From NCBI GenBank assembly GCA_951406725.2, contig OX597816.1, positions 20,212,001-20,276,000 of the forward strand: 64,000 nt of DNA, given 5' to 3'. This document shows positions 38,616-52,963 of this stretch, one piece after another. The notes below the pieces were generated by a model. It ran no database searches. It was given only the letters and a program-made list of their open reading frames with translations, and had not been told where the DNA came from. A program made the translations under genes and the position numbers. How positions within the stretch are numbered: the first letter of the stretch is position 1; each line of letters begins with the position of its first letter. Source of the stretch: Octopus vulgaris (taxonomy: Eukaryota).

Positions 38616-38981
38616 GAAATATTAAAATTACTAAGTCTCTCTAAAGGAGATTACGGCAGCGTTACTGGATATTAATAGTTATCGCCATACTAATATGGCA
38701 GTCTATAACTAAGACTAAATAAAATCTTCGAACAGACGGTCAGTAGCGACATCTGCTGGTTCTGACTACGCTGCATTGATAAGGGCAACAACCCTGAAAC
38801 ATGTCTGCAGATGTCTGACTAGCAAGGTGAAGCGGCTGACCTCCCCTGTTCGAAGGTTGTAATGGACGCAGGTTCATGTGTCATATAGCTAGCTAGAGGC
38901 GGTGGTCTCTTGGAGCTAATCAGCGAGAGCTTTAGTCTTATTTATAGACTGCCATATTAGTATGTCGATAACTATTAATAT
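38615..38981. mobile_element. (TA)n-flanked element with ~51 bp inverted repeats and central hammerhead
   Basis: 38669-38719 is the reverse complement of 38930-38981. Confidence 0.75.
38771..38810 (+). ncRNA. Minimal type I hammerhead-like motif, U3-A8 variant
   Basis: CTGCA TTGATAA GGG-caacaa-CCC T GAAA CATG TC TGCAG. Confidence 0.65.
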
Positions 38982-38996
38982 ATATATATACACACA

Positions 38997-39050
<54 letters not shown>

Positions 39051-39064
39051 CACACAAACACATA

Positions 39065-39157
<93 letters not shown>

Positions 39158-39193
39158 TATTTATACATATATATATATATATACATATATATT

Positions 39194-39230
<37 letters not shown>

Positions 39231-39349
39231 ACATATATATATACATATATATATATACATATATTTATATACATATATATATTTATATATATATACATAT
39301 ATATATACATATATTTATATATATATATATATACATATATATATACATA

Positions 39350-39393
<44 letters not shown>

Positions 39394-39532
39394 TTTATAT
39401 ATATATATACATATACATATATACATATATTAATAAATTATATATACATATACATATATATATATATATATTTATATATATTTATATATATATTTATACA
39501 TATATTTATATACATATATATGTAAATATATT

Positions 39533-39563
<31 letters not shown>

Positions 39564-39785
39564 ATATATTTATATATATATTTATATACATATATATATA
39601 TTTATATATATATATATACAAATATTTATATATATATATACATACATATATTTATATATATATACACATACATATATTTATATATATATACACATACATA
39701 TATTTATATATATATATACATACGTATATTTATATATATATATATATGTATATGTATATATACACATATGTATGTGTGTGTGTAC
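38982..39785. repeat. (TA)n/(CA)n compound microsatellite
   Basis: Direct reading. Confidence 0.97.
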
Positions 39786-41174
39786 ATTAAAAATACACAT
39801 AGAAAAACGCACATGACATGAAGAACATTTTCTCCTAAGCTTACTGATACTAAATGATAGTATGACTGCACACATTTTTATAGCAACTAGTTTTGTTCTG
39901 GTCACATTGAAATAATTCTAACTTTGATCATTAGGCCAAAACACAAGATCTAGTTACTTGGCTAAAATATCAGCTCTGGTCATATTGCCAAAATTATGAT
40001 ATTGGAAAAGTTGCCAAAATGTTAGCACCTGTCCTTTAAATAAAACCTTTTAACTTAAGTCGTTAGGTCAATTTTTAAATTCGGATAATATTGATTATTT
40101 AGTGAACCGTGAGACCATAGAATTATGGAAGATAGACAAGAAAAATAACATTTAGTAGTAGCTTGCATGCCTTTCCGTTCCAGTGTTATTGTTATAAACT
40201 TGGCTCATTTGGAAAGAAAATCATGATAACCTTGATTTCTATAGGTCTGGGATTTTTTCGGCATAATGTGTAACAGAGAATGTGTAACAGAGAATGTGTA
40301 ACAGAGAACAAGCAAAAGTTTTCGATATATGGTTTCTGTTTCAAATTGTAGTCATTTAATTTTTTGTAACTAACATGTACTTCAGAAATGAGTGAATGTG
40401 GATGTGTTCTTCATCCCATATATATTTGTCCTGATGTGAAACTCATTATAATATGTGAAACACCACCATAGATAAAAAGGACTCAATACACCTATCCTCA
40501 TTTATCACGATTATTTTTATCTAAAAAAAGAACAATTCATAATTTAGTCAATAATAAACGAATCAACATGAAGCACTTCGTGAAACGGAAGGAGAATTAT
40601 ATGCAAAGACACTAAACTCGCCGCCTACAGCACGGAAGGTTTCGCCACCATGGATTTTTTTAATCGCCTCTACTTATTTCCTAAAGAGAATACACTCACC
40701 AGCATTGTATGTTTCAATCAAGCACCTTCATATTTCTTATTTTCACTGGTCACATGTTGGGTTACGTGTATATAAAAATGGTGTCTTGCAACACGGCCAT
40801 GTAAGAACAAGCTCTAATCAGTGTATTCTGGGTAGCTTCTTATTTTGTTTTGTCACCGGGCATATTTCTTTTGGGAAGTACGATTCATCGCTAACCCATG
40901 TTATCACAGATGGACTCATTATAAGCGTAACAGGATTCACAGTTGTTTGTACCGTGGTATTCCGGAGCAGCGATGACTAAATCAGTGATAAACGAGGGTA
41001 GATGTACTGCTATACAGTTTCAAACTAGTTTCGAAGCCCTTTATATTCTAATGCTTTATATTCTTTTACTGGTTGGCAAAAAAGAAACCCCTACATTTTG
41101 CTTCACTCAATTGCCATAGAAAATGTACTCTATGTCTCTCTAAAGCAAAACATACCATCTCGAAATATCCTTTA

Positions 41175-41560
41175 TCTTTTATGTGTTTTTGGTTATTGGA
41201 CATCGGCCATATTTGGGCACCGCCTTGAAAGGTTTAGTCAAACCAGTCGACCCCATTATTTATTTTTAATCGCCCTGATTTTTTTGAACCGTTGAATTAT
41301 GGTTATGTAAGCAAATCAAGACCGGTTGTCAGGAGTTGGGGAACAATGAATCAAAGGCACACACGGGCACACCGAGACATACATAGGCATACGCATAAAG
41401 ATTGATTATAAGCCGAACTTCCACAGATTTTGCTCACCAGGTTCACTCACAAGGCATGGATCTGCCCGGGGCTGTAGTGGTAAATGCCAGCTCGAAGACC
41501 CAGACAATTCGTCTGAACCCGAAACAACACGGTTGCAAATCGTGTTTTAAAATCACACAT
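41175..41560 (-). mobile_element. Degenerate SINE family E
   Basis: GGGCACCGCCTTGAA, CCGGTTGTCA and CACTCACAAGGC motifs. Confidence 0.6.
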
Positions 41561-43079
41561 CGATAGCAGAAAGAGCTAATAAGCAAAAGTTGAACATATC
41601 ATCAAAAATCAGCTTGTAAAGCAATTCGCATTCGCATTTGAAAAATTTTCCTCATCATTTTATGTTCCTACTATCTGCAAACCACACGAGCTTGGCAACG
41701 TTTACTCAGTCCGTAAAAAGACATAGCCAAATATGAACTCTAAATAGAGCATCATCGCAAACCATATGCTAATTTATGTTCATGACCTCTTATTAAATAC
41801 AATTTCAAGCTTTTCAATTACATCATTGTTTATTATTTAACTACACATCGAATCTGATGAAGCAACACTATAGTGAAATGCTTTTGAAACCATAACCGTC
41901 TCGTGGCTTTTAAGGATAATTTATGAATGTGTACACTATCCATTTTGAACATCCTTGCCTTGTAAATTTGGGAGTTGATGGATGTTTCACCGCCTTTGTG
42001 GCAGTTCGAACGATTTTTGTAGAAATAAGGCAGCAGCACATTTAAGGTCATCGAGGAGAAATAGATGTCGAGTATATTCATTTTGTTTACATCTACACTC
42101 TTCCAGTCTTTCGTTATAAATATTATCGACATAAATAATACATTACATGCAGTATTGTTTGAAACACAAAACTGCATAACTTATATTATACATATTTACA
42201 AATGTTTGGTGGAGATAATAACTTTCTCTCCAAAACTGTTATTTTTCCTGAGAGAAAAAAATAATTAATTAGGTGAATTGTTTCGTTAACCCTTCATTTA
42301 AATGTCTAATGCAAGTTTACATTTAAACAAAGTGAGGCGTGCAGATATAGAGAGGATATATGAAAGAAGATGCGAGAATTCTCACCGTTTTTATCTTCTT
42401 TCATTTGAAATCTTTATTTCTGCACGTTTCAATTTGTTTCAATGTAAAATAATCGATTTTACCTTTTCAGTAGTAATTGCACTTAAAGGGAGGCCTGGAA
42501 ATAATTAACATACCTATTGTGTTGGTGTGTCATTGTGTAAAATCGGGTGGGTGTGAATCCAAGGTCTAAATCTCTGTCAATATGGCGCTGTTATAAATTT
42601 AAATATAACGAATACATTTTGAATCCATTTCACACGAGTCTTTCACTTTCTAAATAACATTAAATTGATCACTGATAAAAGACTTTCTCTATTTTCTATC
42701 CCTCGGTAGTGTGTTCAATTGCTTAAATTTTAATAATCTTAAATTATTAGATCTATTGATTTCGAACTGCAATTGATGTTGAAACATTTATGCCTCTCTC
42801 GAGAATATTTCTGGTGATAATATATGGTAATAGATTCCAACTACAGTCAAATAACAATATAAACTGGATAGCGAATGTAACACAGATTGTCATTTGTTTT
42901 AATCTATACGATAATGTCGGCCAAACATCGATTTATATTTATTTTATCGTTTAATTTGTCAAAGAAGTTTGCATTGATATGATGAAATGAGATTAATCGA
43001 GCATGATTTCTAATTGTTCGATAAGCCTAAGTTCGAGTTGATGTAGCCGATCGCTTTTTATCAAAGGTGATATAAACAT

Positions 43080-43381
43080 GTTTGTTCCTTCTCGAGCCAT
43101 GCCTGTCTCATATGGGCCGGTTTCCCGGTTTCCTTGGCGTATAGGTTCCCCACCTGGACGGGACGCCGGTCCGTCGCAGGTGAGCTGCAAGATGCAGGAG
43201 GAAAGAGTGAGAGAACGTTGTGGCGAAAGAGTCAGCAGAAGTTCGCCATTACCTTCTGCCGGGGCTGCATGGAGCTTAGGTGTTTCACTCATAAACACAC
43301 ACATCGCCCGGTCTGAGATTCGAACCCGCGATCCCTCGACCGCGAGTCCGCTGCTCTAACCACTAGGCCATGTGCCTCCAC
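43080..43381 (-). mobile_element. SINE family B
   Basis: Full length; flanking GATATAAAC duplication. Confidence 0.92.
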
Positions 43382-43398
43382 GATATAAACGAGACATG

Positions 43399-43817
43399 AA
43401 GGCGGTGAGTTGGCAGAAACGTTAGCACGCCGGGCGAAATGCGTAGCCGTATTTCATCTGTCGTTACTTCTGAGTTCAAATTCCGCCGAGGTCGACTTTG
43501 CCTTTTATCCTATTGGGGTCGATTAAATAAGTACCAATTACGCACTGGTATCGATATAATCGACTTAATCCGTTTGTCTGTCCTTGTTTGTCCCCTCTGT
43601 GTTTAGCTTCCTGTGGGTAGTAAAGAAATAGGTATTTCGTCTGCCGCTACGTTCTGAGTTCAAATTCCGCCGAGGTCAACTCTGCCTTTCATCCTTTCGG
43701 GGTCGATTAAATAAATACCAGTTACGCACTGGAGTCGATATAATCGACTTAATCCGTTTGTCTGTCCTTGTCGGTCCCCTCTGTGTTTAGCCCCTTGTGG
43801 GTAGTAAAGGAATAGGT
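43399..43817 (+). mobile_element. SINE family A with tandem-duplicated body
   Basis: One head, two bodies; flanks ATAAAC.(A)GACA. Confidence 0.9.
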
Positions 43818-44417
43818 ATAAACATGACACGACCATCAGTGTATATTCTGAGATGCAGTGAGTTTAGAACTTCATTATTCAACCTGTACGTTTCCCTAGA
43901 TTAAATGATTTGGTTTCATGGAGTTTTGGGTACTTTGTCACAAGAGAGCGAAAGGCGACATGCAAAACAATATGATTAGTTCCATAAACCGTATGAAAAG
44001 GTACCAATATATATAAATGAATTTGGCATCTTTTATCTGTTCATTGCTTCGGTCATTGGACTGCGATCATGTTGGTATACTCCCGTGAAGGGTTTCACTC
44101 CAACAAAACAACCCCAGTACTCAATGTTATGCCTGGTTCTTATTCTTTCTTTTGTCGAACCTCTACGTTATGAGGGTCTAACCAAATCAATACTGATTGC
44201 TCAAGCACAGGAGCAAATATGAACGTCCGCACATACACACATACACACATCTATCAAACAACATTATTCCAAAACCAATACACGCTCTTGTGTATATAAT
44301 AATAACTTACACAATTTTACACCAAAATGAAAAAAAAAAAGCAGCACGAATATAAATACATTTAAGATTATTTAGAAGAACTAAGTAATCACAAGAATCC
44401 CCATACGTGCGGGCGTA

Positions 44418-44523
<106 letters not shown>

Positions 44524-45742
44524 CATATATATATACACATATAAAATTGCGCTAATGAACATCATACCAATAGACACAATAGTTGCAGCTACTTCCGGAC
44601 ATATATATACAAACTAGTTTATCTGATTCAATATCCTTAATGATTGTTTTTTTAAATTTCTGTGTCTCTCACCTCTCCGTTCGATTACAGCAGCCAACAA
44701 TTTGTTTATTCGTATTTATATTTCTATGACTTGTTTGTTTGTTTTTATTTACTACAGAGTCTGATTAGATTAACTTTCGTTTGAAGTAGTTGAAGTTGCA
44801 ATTATTGAAATGGTTTTTTAATCATCAGATTACAACTACAAGATGCATTAAAACAAAACGACTACAATTATCGTTTCCATTGTCTTATCTCCACAGAGAG
44901 GTTTCTCTGAGTGAAGTTTTGAAGAATTCTTGGCGCAGTCCTTAGAGAATATTCAGATACAAACTGTGTTATAGTTCAAGTTAAGCTTAGTGAACAAAGA
45001 TTGTTTCCAGAATCGAATAATCTAAGTGGCTTGCTTACATTGACCCCGGAAATATGAAGGACACACTTAAATTCAGTGACATCTAAATTTAAATCGTAAG
45101 GACGAACTCAGACTTAGCCTATCTGCGTAACGTTAGCAGATATCAATATCTAAAAATGAGAAATTTAGGAGCCAATTTTCATTCATAGAGAAATGATAGA
45201 CAAACTTGAACTCTGTGGGATCTAAAACCAGATCATGATAACGTCTTTAGACTTAGGACTTCTTGCATGGTATGATACATAAATCAGTAAGGTATTTCCA
45301 ACGTAGTTTCTCTACCGCAAATTTATCAACAATTTTCCAACTGGTGCTTCTGTATTTAACTTCTCCCTAGATTCTCTACCACTAAGGTTTCTTAGATTGC
45401 AATCTAACGCACAATTAAATCCCTTGATTTCCAATTATTGGATGCTATTTGATCTGTGGCTGAAACAAGGAAAAGCACGAAGAATGTGCTAATTTTCATA
45501 AGGAATATTAAAACAAATTGACTTAGATAGGAGATAGCATATATTTGTACCATAAATATAACCCAGGATCAATAATTTTGTGAGAAGAGTTGTTATTCCA
45601 TTATATCGACCCTTCTTATTTCTTTTCATCCCTGAAATATAGAAAGGCACAGTAACGTATGGACTAAAATATCGCAGGACATTTTGTGCAACGCTTCCAC
45701 GTTTCTACTGTTCCGCTTACTAGACAATAATAATTGTTTCTT

Positions 45743-45941
45743 ATTTGTGCATTCTCGAGCCACGCCTGGCTCATTAGACGTGGTTTCCTGGTTTCCTAGG
45801 CGCATAAGTTCCCCACCTGGACGGGACGCCGGTCCATCGCAGGTGAGCTGCAAGATGCAGGAGGAAAGGGTGAGAGAAAGTTGTGGCTTTATTTTACTGG
45901 AAAGTAATGCATTTGTATTGCAATATTTTATTTTTATATAT

Positions 45942-46021
<80 letters not shown>

Positions 46022-46307
46022 CTTATATATTATTTGTTCCTTTTCAAGCCATGCCTGGATCATAAGGGGCCGGTTTCCCGGTTTCCTTGGCGTATAGGTT
46101 CCCCAGGTGAGCTGCAAGATGCAAGAGGAAAGATTGTGAGGAAGTTGTTGTGAAAGAGTCAGCAGAAGTTCGCCATTACCTTCTGCCGGAGCCGCGTGGA
46201 GCTTAGGTGTTTCGCTCATAAACACACACATCGCCCGGTCTGAGATTCGATGCCGCGATCCCTCGACCGCGAGTCCATTGCTCTAACCACTAGGCTATGT
46301 GTCTCCT
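45743..46307 (-). mobile_element. SINE family B: one 3' fragment and one near-full copy
   Basis: 45743-45886 and 46033-46307 match 43080-43381. Confidence 0.88.
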
Positions 46308-46848
46308 CTTATTTGTGTATACCAGCTGTAAATGTGAGAGAGCAATAATGATTACATCAGAATCAGCATTTCACTGGCGCGTTCAATTCCCGAAGGATGA
46401 AAGCTAGCATTGATATAGTTAGGACTTCAACTGAGAACATAAAGCGTTGGTATCGGTGAGAAATATGGAGGAGAGTAATATTCGATTATATCGACAACGA
46501 GACTAGAATTGTACGTTACTATCAATCCCGAAGGAGAAAAGCAAAGCTGATCTCAGCGGGATTTAATACGCTTCCATTCGCTCCATGAGACTTTAGAGCC
46601 TTCTAGCCAATTTTATACTCATTGTCAATTCGTACCTGGAATTGGTGGATGAAACGTTTTCCCTCCCACGATATCATGCGGTTGGATTTTTTCAATGAGA
46701 ATACATAAAGGAAACATTGCATTTCATGATGTCTCTTCATTTTAATTTTCTTTGTTTTCGTGGGGAGCCTTGTGGTAGATATTTTCCTCAAACGTCTACA
46801 TTTGCTTTTTAAACTTTTCTGCAAGACGTTAGTTCTTATATCAAAGGA

Positions 46849-46929
46849 CTAGCAGAGATACCCGGCGTTGCCCGGTTACATTCAATAGAAGAATTAGGCT
46901 TTTCTGTTATATATATATATCGATACACA

Positions 46930-46967
<38 letters not shown>

Positions 46968-48665
46968 TATATGTATATTAATATAAATACATGAAAGTAC
47001 ATGAAGTTTGTTAAAAAAAGGGGATCATGTATATACCTCCTGGCTGTTGAGATTATAACACCTCGTTGTAAACAATGTTCCTTGTTTTTCCTTGTGGAGC
47101 ATATACAAAAAGGTTTCTTTTAGTTCCTACTCTTGAGCAGCCAACATACAGTTGCGTATGCGAGAAGCAGAGCTCTTCCAAGAGAAGACCAGCTATAGAG
47201 AGGGTTTGACCCTGAGATTTGTTAATGGACATGGCAAAGCTGACACGAAGCGGGAATTGCAGTCTTCTGAATGTTAATGGAATTTCTGCTCCTGATGGAG
47301 TTAGAGGAACTCTTGGAATAAAGACGTCATCACCATTTCCACATCCAGAAAGAATGATCGCCTCGATAACGTATGATATCATTTTCTTTATCACCAGTCG
47401 TGTTCCATTGCAAAGTCTTGGTGGTTCCAGATTGCGGAGTAGCATTACAGGAGTTCCAACTTTAAGCGGTAATATGTGTGGAGGTAGTCGAGGAGGGCTC
47501 CAGTGAATTGAGAAATTAAGGAGGATAGTTCACAACTTCATTTATATCTGGAATTGTATCAACACACTTGTGTGTATAGTGCCGGGAAGAGAATGCATTA
47601 GCTGTTGATTAACTTTGTTAACAGTGAGGTTTTTTGGAGCTAATATTGCTCTTTCACACAGCCAATTGAGATTTTGGTAGTTTTGTGTGAAGTTGGGAAA
47701 GACTTTGTTTTTGAGGTCATCTACAGAATTAACAACAGAGGAAAATGACCGCACTTCCATTTGTTCTGCAGCATCGAGAGGCATCTTGCCTTCACCAAGT
47801 GTCAACATGTCCTGTGCAAACTTTGTGGACATTTTGTCGCCGTGTAGCTGAGCTCTCATGTTAGTGGTGATACTAAAGATTGTAACATGATGCCACAGGG
47901 TAGATGACTTTAGGCATGCTTGAATTTCATCAGCTCTAGTGCCTTTCGGAATGACAGGAAGAGTTTGCCTGAAATCACCTGACAACAGAAGCGTTACACC
48001 TCCAATTGGAGCCTGACAGTCTCGGATGTCTTTCAGGGCTCTATCTAATGATTCCAAAGCTCCCTTGTTAGCCATAGTGCACTCATCCCAGACAATTACA
48101 CAACACATTTTAAGTACTTGTCCCTGATCTGAGCTTTTGTTGATGTTGCATGAAGGCATTTCGAATGCGGCTAAATTGAGAGGGAGTTTAAAAGTTGAGT
48201 GTGCTGTCCTGCTACCGGGTAACAAAGTAGTTGCAATGACAGAGGAGGATACAGCTACTGCAATGTCCTGATGCTACCTAACTTCTGCAAGGAGAAGCTT
48301 TGTAATAAATGTTTTTCCTGTCCCTCCAGGAGCATCGAGGAAGAAGATTCGTCCCTCGCGTTGGCGTACACTGTTAAGAATAGTTCTGTAGGCCTGCAGC
48401 TGGTCCGGAAGTAATTTAGGCTCATTTACAACAATGTACTTTGAAAGCGCTTGAGTGTCGTAGGTTGTTTCCCGAATGAGAGCAGTGGGAAGGCTATTTG
48501 ACCCTGACCTGAATGCTTGTGGCAGGCCATACGTCGACAATTCATTTCCACCCAGTTTAGCAATTCTGTCTTCAACGTCAATGAGTGTTTTGTTATAGAT
48601 TCCATTGCTGATACCCTCCATGTCAGGATAGAGCAGTTGAGCTTGGCGCTGAAGGGGACAATGTA
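46849..48665 (-). mobile_element. Helitron 3' fragment with terminal hairpin and CTAG
   Basis: CCGGGCAACGCCGGG hairpin and CTAG at 46849, downstream of the helicase ORFs. Confidence 0.92.
47053..48660 (-). pseudogene. Helitron Pif1-family helicase domain (interrupted)
   Basis: FLDAPGGTGKTF, IVWDECTM, GDFRQTLPVI, RAILAPKN, LCNGTRL, QFPLRVSFAMSINKSQGQTL, QLYVGCSRV. Confidence 0.93.
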
Positions 48666-49555
48666 TTGAGACTCCGGTTCGAATGTAAGGCAGGTTTGAA
48701 AGTGTTCCCAACAGTTATTAGTTGTAGTGGTAGAGTGTTTATGCCGAATATGTACGTATGCATGTATATATATGTATGCCTGTATATATGTACAAAATCC
48801 ACTGAGAAGGCTTTTGTTGGTCTGAAGCTACAGCAGAAGACTCATGCCAAGTCACCACACAGTGGGACTGAACTCAGGACCATGTGTTTGGAACGTAGTT
48901 TGTTACCACACAGCCACACCTGCCCCTATGTATGTGTGTGTGTGCGTATGTGTGTATTGGTAGATATATTATGCATGTATATATGTGTATATATATGTGT
49001 ACATATTACATGTACATCTATATATATATATATATATATACATCTACACATAAAATACAAAATACAAAGTTATATCTTGATATCGCTAGTGATAACAATA
49101 CTCAAAATATATAACAGACTGGAATTGTGATCCCGTCTCTTGAAATTTCGATCAATTGGATCTTGTCCTCCCTCTTGTATAGAAGTGTACGGCTGCAGCG
49201 AAATTCATTTTTGGACTTTCTTCTATGGAAGGTATTTTAACAAAAATGCTTCTGTAAAGACGGTGAAAATATTGTCAATTTCCCCTAACAGGGACACAAT
49301 TCAATTTTTAAACAATAACCAAAGCCCCTTCTCCGAAAGGGGGAGAGTTACGGTTTACAATTATTTAACAAATGCAACACAACAACATTTCCCTGACGAG
49401 GAACCAACAAACGTGATTACAATAGTCAAACAGTAATAATAATAACAACAAACCTTTTTAATTTATCCCCATTTATGTGAAACCACTTATTCAAGTTCAA
49501 GTCATTGATGCAATTTTGTGCGAATTGCTAATACACACACATACACACACACATA

Positions 49556-49990
49556 ATAAAGGTGAAAAATTGAATATTAATTTGATTAATATGAATTGAA
49601 AACCAGTGGTGTAGCATATAAGACCATAGCGGATCTTCCTCTAGCAAAAAGGTTGACCACTATTAATGGCTCATCCCTGTTATATAATACTTTCACACTT
49701 GCAAAGAGAAAGTAGGAGAAAGTGTGGTGGTAATAGCAGGAGTAAACCACTTGAAATGAGAGAGGCAAATCGTAAAATATTGAGTTTTCTCGAATTTTTG
49801 CTTAATTGGTGGTCAAATTGAAAAATCTTTATATGCCATGACCAAATCGAATCTACTTGGAAAAATCATAGGTAAATTCCAATTGAAGAAATTCTATATT
49901 GTAGAATTGTATTAAAAAGAAACATGGGAACAGGCAGAGAAAATCTGCCTTTTATCATAAGAGAAATAACAGTAGCCAAAAGGTAAATAT
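49556..49990. mobile_element. Family J repeat
   Basis: Left end shared with 14560 and 22116; internal part shared with 4900-5120. Confidence 0.6.
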
Positions 49991-50112
49991 TATTATATAT
50001 TATTGTTACTTCGTGGCATCTTGGACAAGATCCTTCCATAAAAGTTTCGGGCCGAACAAAGGCTTGTGAGTGGATTTGGTAAACGGAAACTGAAAGAAGC
50101 CTGCAGTACATA

Positions 50113-50169
<57 letters not shown>

Positions 50170-50170
<1 letters not shown>

Positions 50171-50430
50171 CATCCAAGCACACGTCACGATCACCAGCCT
50201 TCCTTTAAACGCACATAAATATTCTCTTACACACTGTCCGGCATTCGCCATGATAGATCGGTAGCCACTACACATATTTTTTCTCTCCTTGTTTCTGTCT
50301 GTGTTCTTTCTGTGGAAGAGCATAGTCTCGAAACGTTAAAGACTTTTTCAATTCCCGAGCGTTATATTAATGCATCTGTTTGTTTTCTACACCACCTGTC
50401 TTCGGTGTTTTTTCGTGAATTCTCCCTATA
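50170..50430 (+). mobile_element. Family G copy 2 with hammerhead-like motif
   Basis: CTTT CTGTGGA A GAGC-atag-TCTC GAAA CG TT AAAG at 50306-50341; sits in the TA centre of a SINE E (50010-50715). Confidence 0.75.
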
Positions 50431-50859
50431 TACACACATATATATATGTATATATATATGTGTGTGTATGTGTGTGTAGGTGTCTACCTGTGCGTCTCAA
50501 TCTTTATGTGTTTGTCCTCCACCACCGCTTTACAAGGGGTGTTGGTGTGTTTACATTCCCGTAAAATAGTGGTTCGGCAAACAGACCGATGGAATAAAAG
50601 CCAGACTTTAAAAAGGTAAATAAGTACTTGGGTAGATGCATTTGACTAACTCTTCTTCAGGGTGATGTCCCAGCATGAATGCAGTATAATGCGTTAAAAA
50701 AGTAAATGAGATAAAAGCTCCTAATAAAATTGAGGGACACAGTTACATATTAGCATAAACCAGTAAGTTATTTCCAGCGTAGTTTCTCTACCGCAAATTC
50801 GTCAACCCCTTTTCAACTGGTACTTCTGCATTTGAGTTCTCCACCGTTGTGAATGATGC

Positions 50860-51081
50860 TCTTTTACCCTTTTACCCCTTTACTTCTTTCAGTCATTCGA
50901 CCGGGGCCATGCTGGAGCACCGCCTTTAGTCGATCAAATAGACCCCAGGACCTATTCTTTCGAAACCTAGTACTTATTCTATCGGTCTCTTTTGCCAAAC
51001 CGCTAAGTTACAGGGACGTAAACACACCAGCATCGGTTGTCAAGCGATATTGGGGTGACAAACACAGACAGACAAACATAT

Positions 51082-51156
<75 letters not shown>

Positions 51157-51318
51157 TACGATAGACTTCTTTCAGTTTCCGTCTACCAAATCCGCTCACA
51201 AGGCTTTGGTCGGCCCGAGGCTATAGTAGAAGACATTTGCCCAAGGTGCTACGCAGTGGGCATGAACCCGGAACCATGTGGTTGGTAAGCAAGCTGCTTA
51301 CCACATAGCCATTCCTGC
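50860..51318 (-). mobile_element. SINE family E
   Basis: Full-length reverse complement of the 58668-59072 type. Confidence 0.9.
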
Positions 51319-51396
51319 AATCTTTTAATGAGGATTCATGCAACAGACTCCATGCATATCCTGAAACTGAGAAGCAGACCCAACATGTTAGGTTAC

Positions 51397-52222
51397 TGAG
51401 ATGTCCTTAACTTTTGTAGAATATTATTCTTTATATTCCTTTTCGCCGTCGGATTATTTAAGTAAACATTTTAAGTTACGCCTCTTGTCACACATCAAAC
51501 GTATTTGGGGATCCTGGCAATACTCCACATCTGTCTCAGTACATAATATATTTTAATTTCTGTGCCTTCTTCATTCTCTGACGGAATGAAAACACGTTCA
51601 TTTTCCTGAGATATCCTTAACTTTTGTAGAATATTATTCTTTATATTCCTTTCCGCCGTCGGATTATTTAAGTAAACATTTTAAGTTACGCCTCTTGTCA
51701 CACATCAAACGTATTTGGGGATCCTGGCAATACTCCACATCTGTCTCAGTACATAATATATTTTAATTTCTGTGCCTTCTTCATTCTCTGACGGAATGAA
51801 AACACGTTCATTTTCCTGAGATATCCTTAACTTTTGTAGAATATTATTCTTTATATTCCTTTTCGCCGTTGGATTATTTAAGTAAACATTTTAAGTTACG
51901 CCTCTTGTCAAACATCAAACGTATTTGGGGATCCTGGCAATACTCCACATCTGTCTCAGTACATAATATATTTTAATTTCTGTGCCTTCTTCATTCTCTG
52001 GCGGAATGAAGACACTTTCATTTTCCTGAGATGTCCTTAACTTTTGTAGAATATTATTCTTTATATTCCTTTTCGCCGTTGGATTATTTAAGTAAAACAT
52101 TTTAAGTTACGCCTCTTGTCAAACATCAAACGTATTTGGGGATCCTGGCAATACTCCACATCTGTCTCAGTACATAATATATTTTAATTTCTGTGCCTTC
52201 TTCATTCTCTGATGGAATGAAG
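51397..52222. repeat. Tandem repeat, 210 bp unit x ~3.9
   Basis: ATACTCCACATCTG at 51520, 51730, 51940 and 52151. Confidence 0.96.
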
Positions 52223-52643
52223 AAACGTTCGTTTTCAGAGAATTAGCAATTGCATTATTGTCTTTCTTGTAAGGACTGACACTGATTAAAGAGCCACACA
52301 TGTTGTTTTCGTTGTCGTTGATATTTCCGTTTTGGCACGCTATATATGTATCATGGACATAGACAAAACGCTTGGTATTAACATCGTTTGGTTCACCGTT
52401 TGTGTTGGGGTTTAACAACAATGGAGCCCATTAAGTACTGTGATGCAGAATATTTCATAATATTTCGTGTTCAACATTTCTTGTTATCCAGCATAACAAA
52501 ACATTATCCGTTTCCAATAATAACCCGATAAGCCACGGGAGATGTTTGTCATTTGTGAAATAATTTGGTCTCACTTTTAACAATAAACTGTGATTAACAG
52601 TATCTCTCGTCGTGGTAACTTCTTATACATACACTCACACACT

Positions 52644-52645
<2 letters not shown>

Positions 52646-52725
<80 letters not shown>

Positions 52726-52754
52726 GTGTATATATATATATATGTGTATATATA

Positions 52755-52827
<73 letters not shown>

Positions 52828-52842
52828 ATATATATATATATA

Positions 52843-52895
<53 letters not shown>

Positions 52896-52915
52896 CCCCG
52901 AATCAACCCGGGACC

Positions 52916-52958
<43 letters not shown>
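52646..52958. repeat. (TA)n microsatellite
   Basis: Direct reading. Confidence 0.97.

Positions 52959-52963
<5 letters not shown>

Noticed and set aside
40385-40472. Plus-strand Cys-rich mini exon (MSECGCVLHPIYICPD...) after ACTAAC...TTCAG
   Set aside because: Very short, no partner exons or recognisable domain
22868-41095. Isolated mariner/Tc1-like TIR starts at 22868, 37224 and 41069
   Set aside because: No matching second TIR or transposase found
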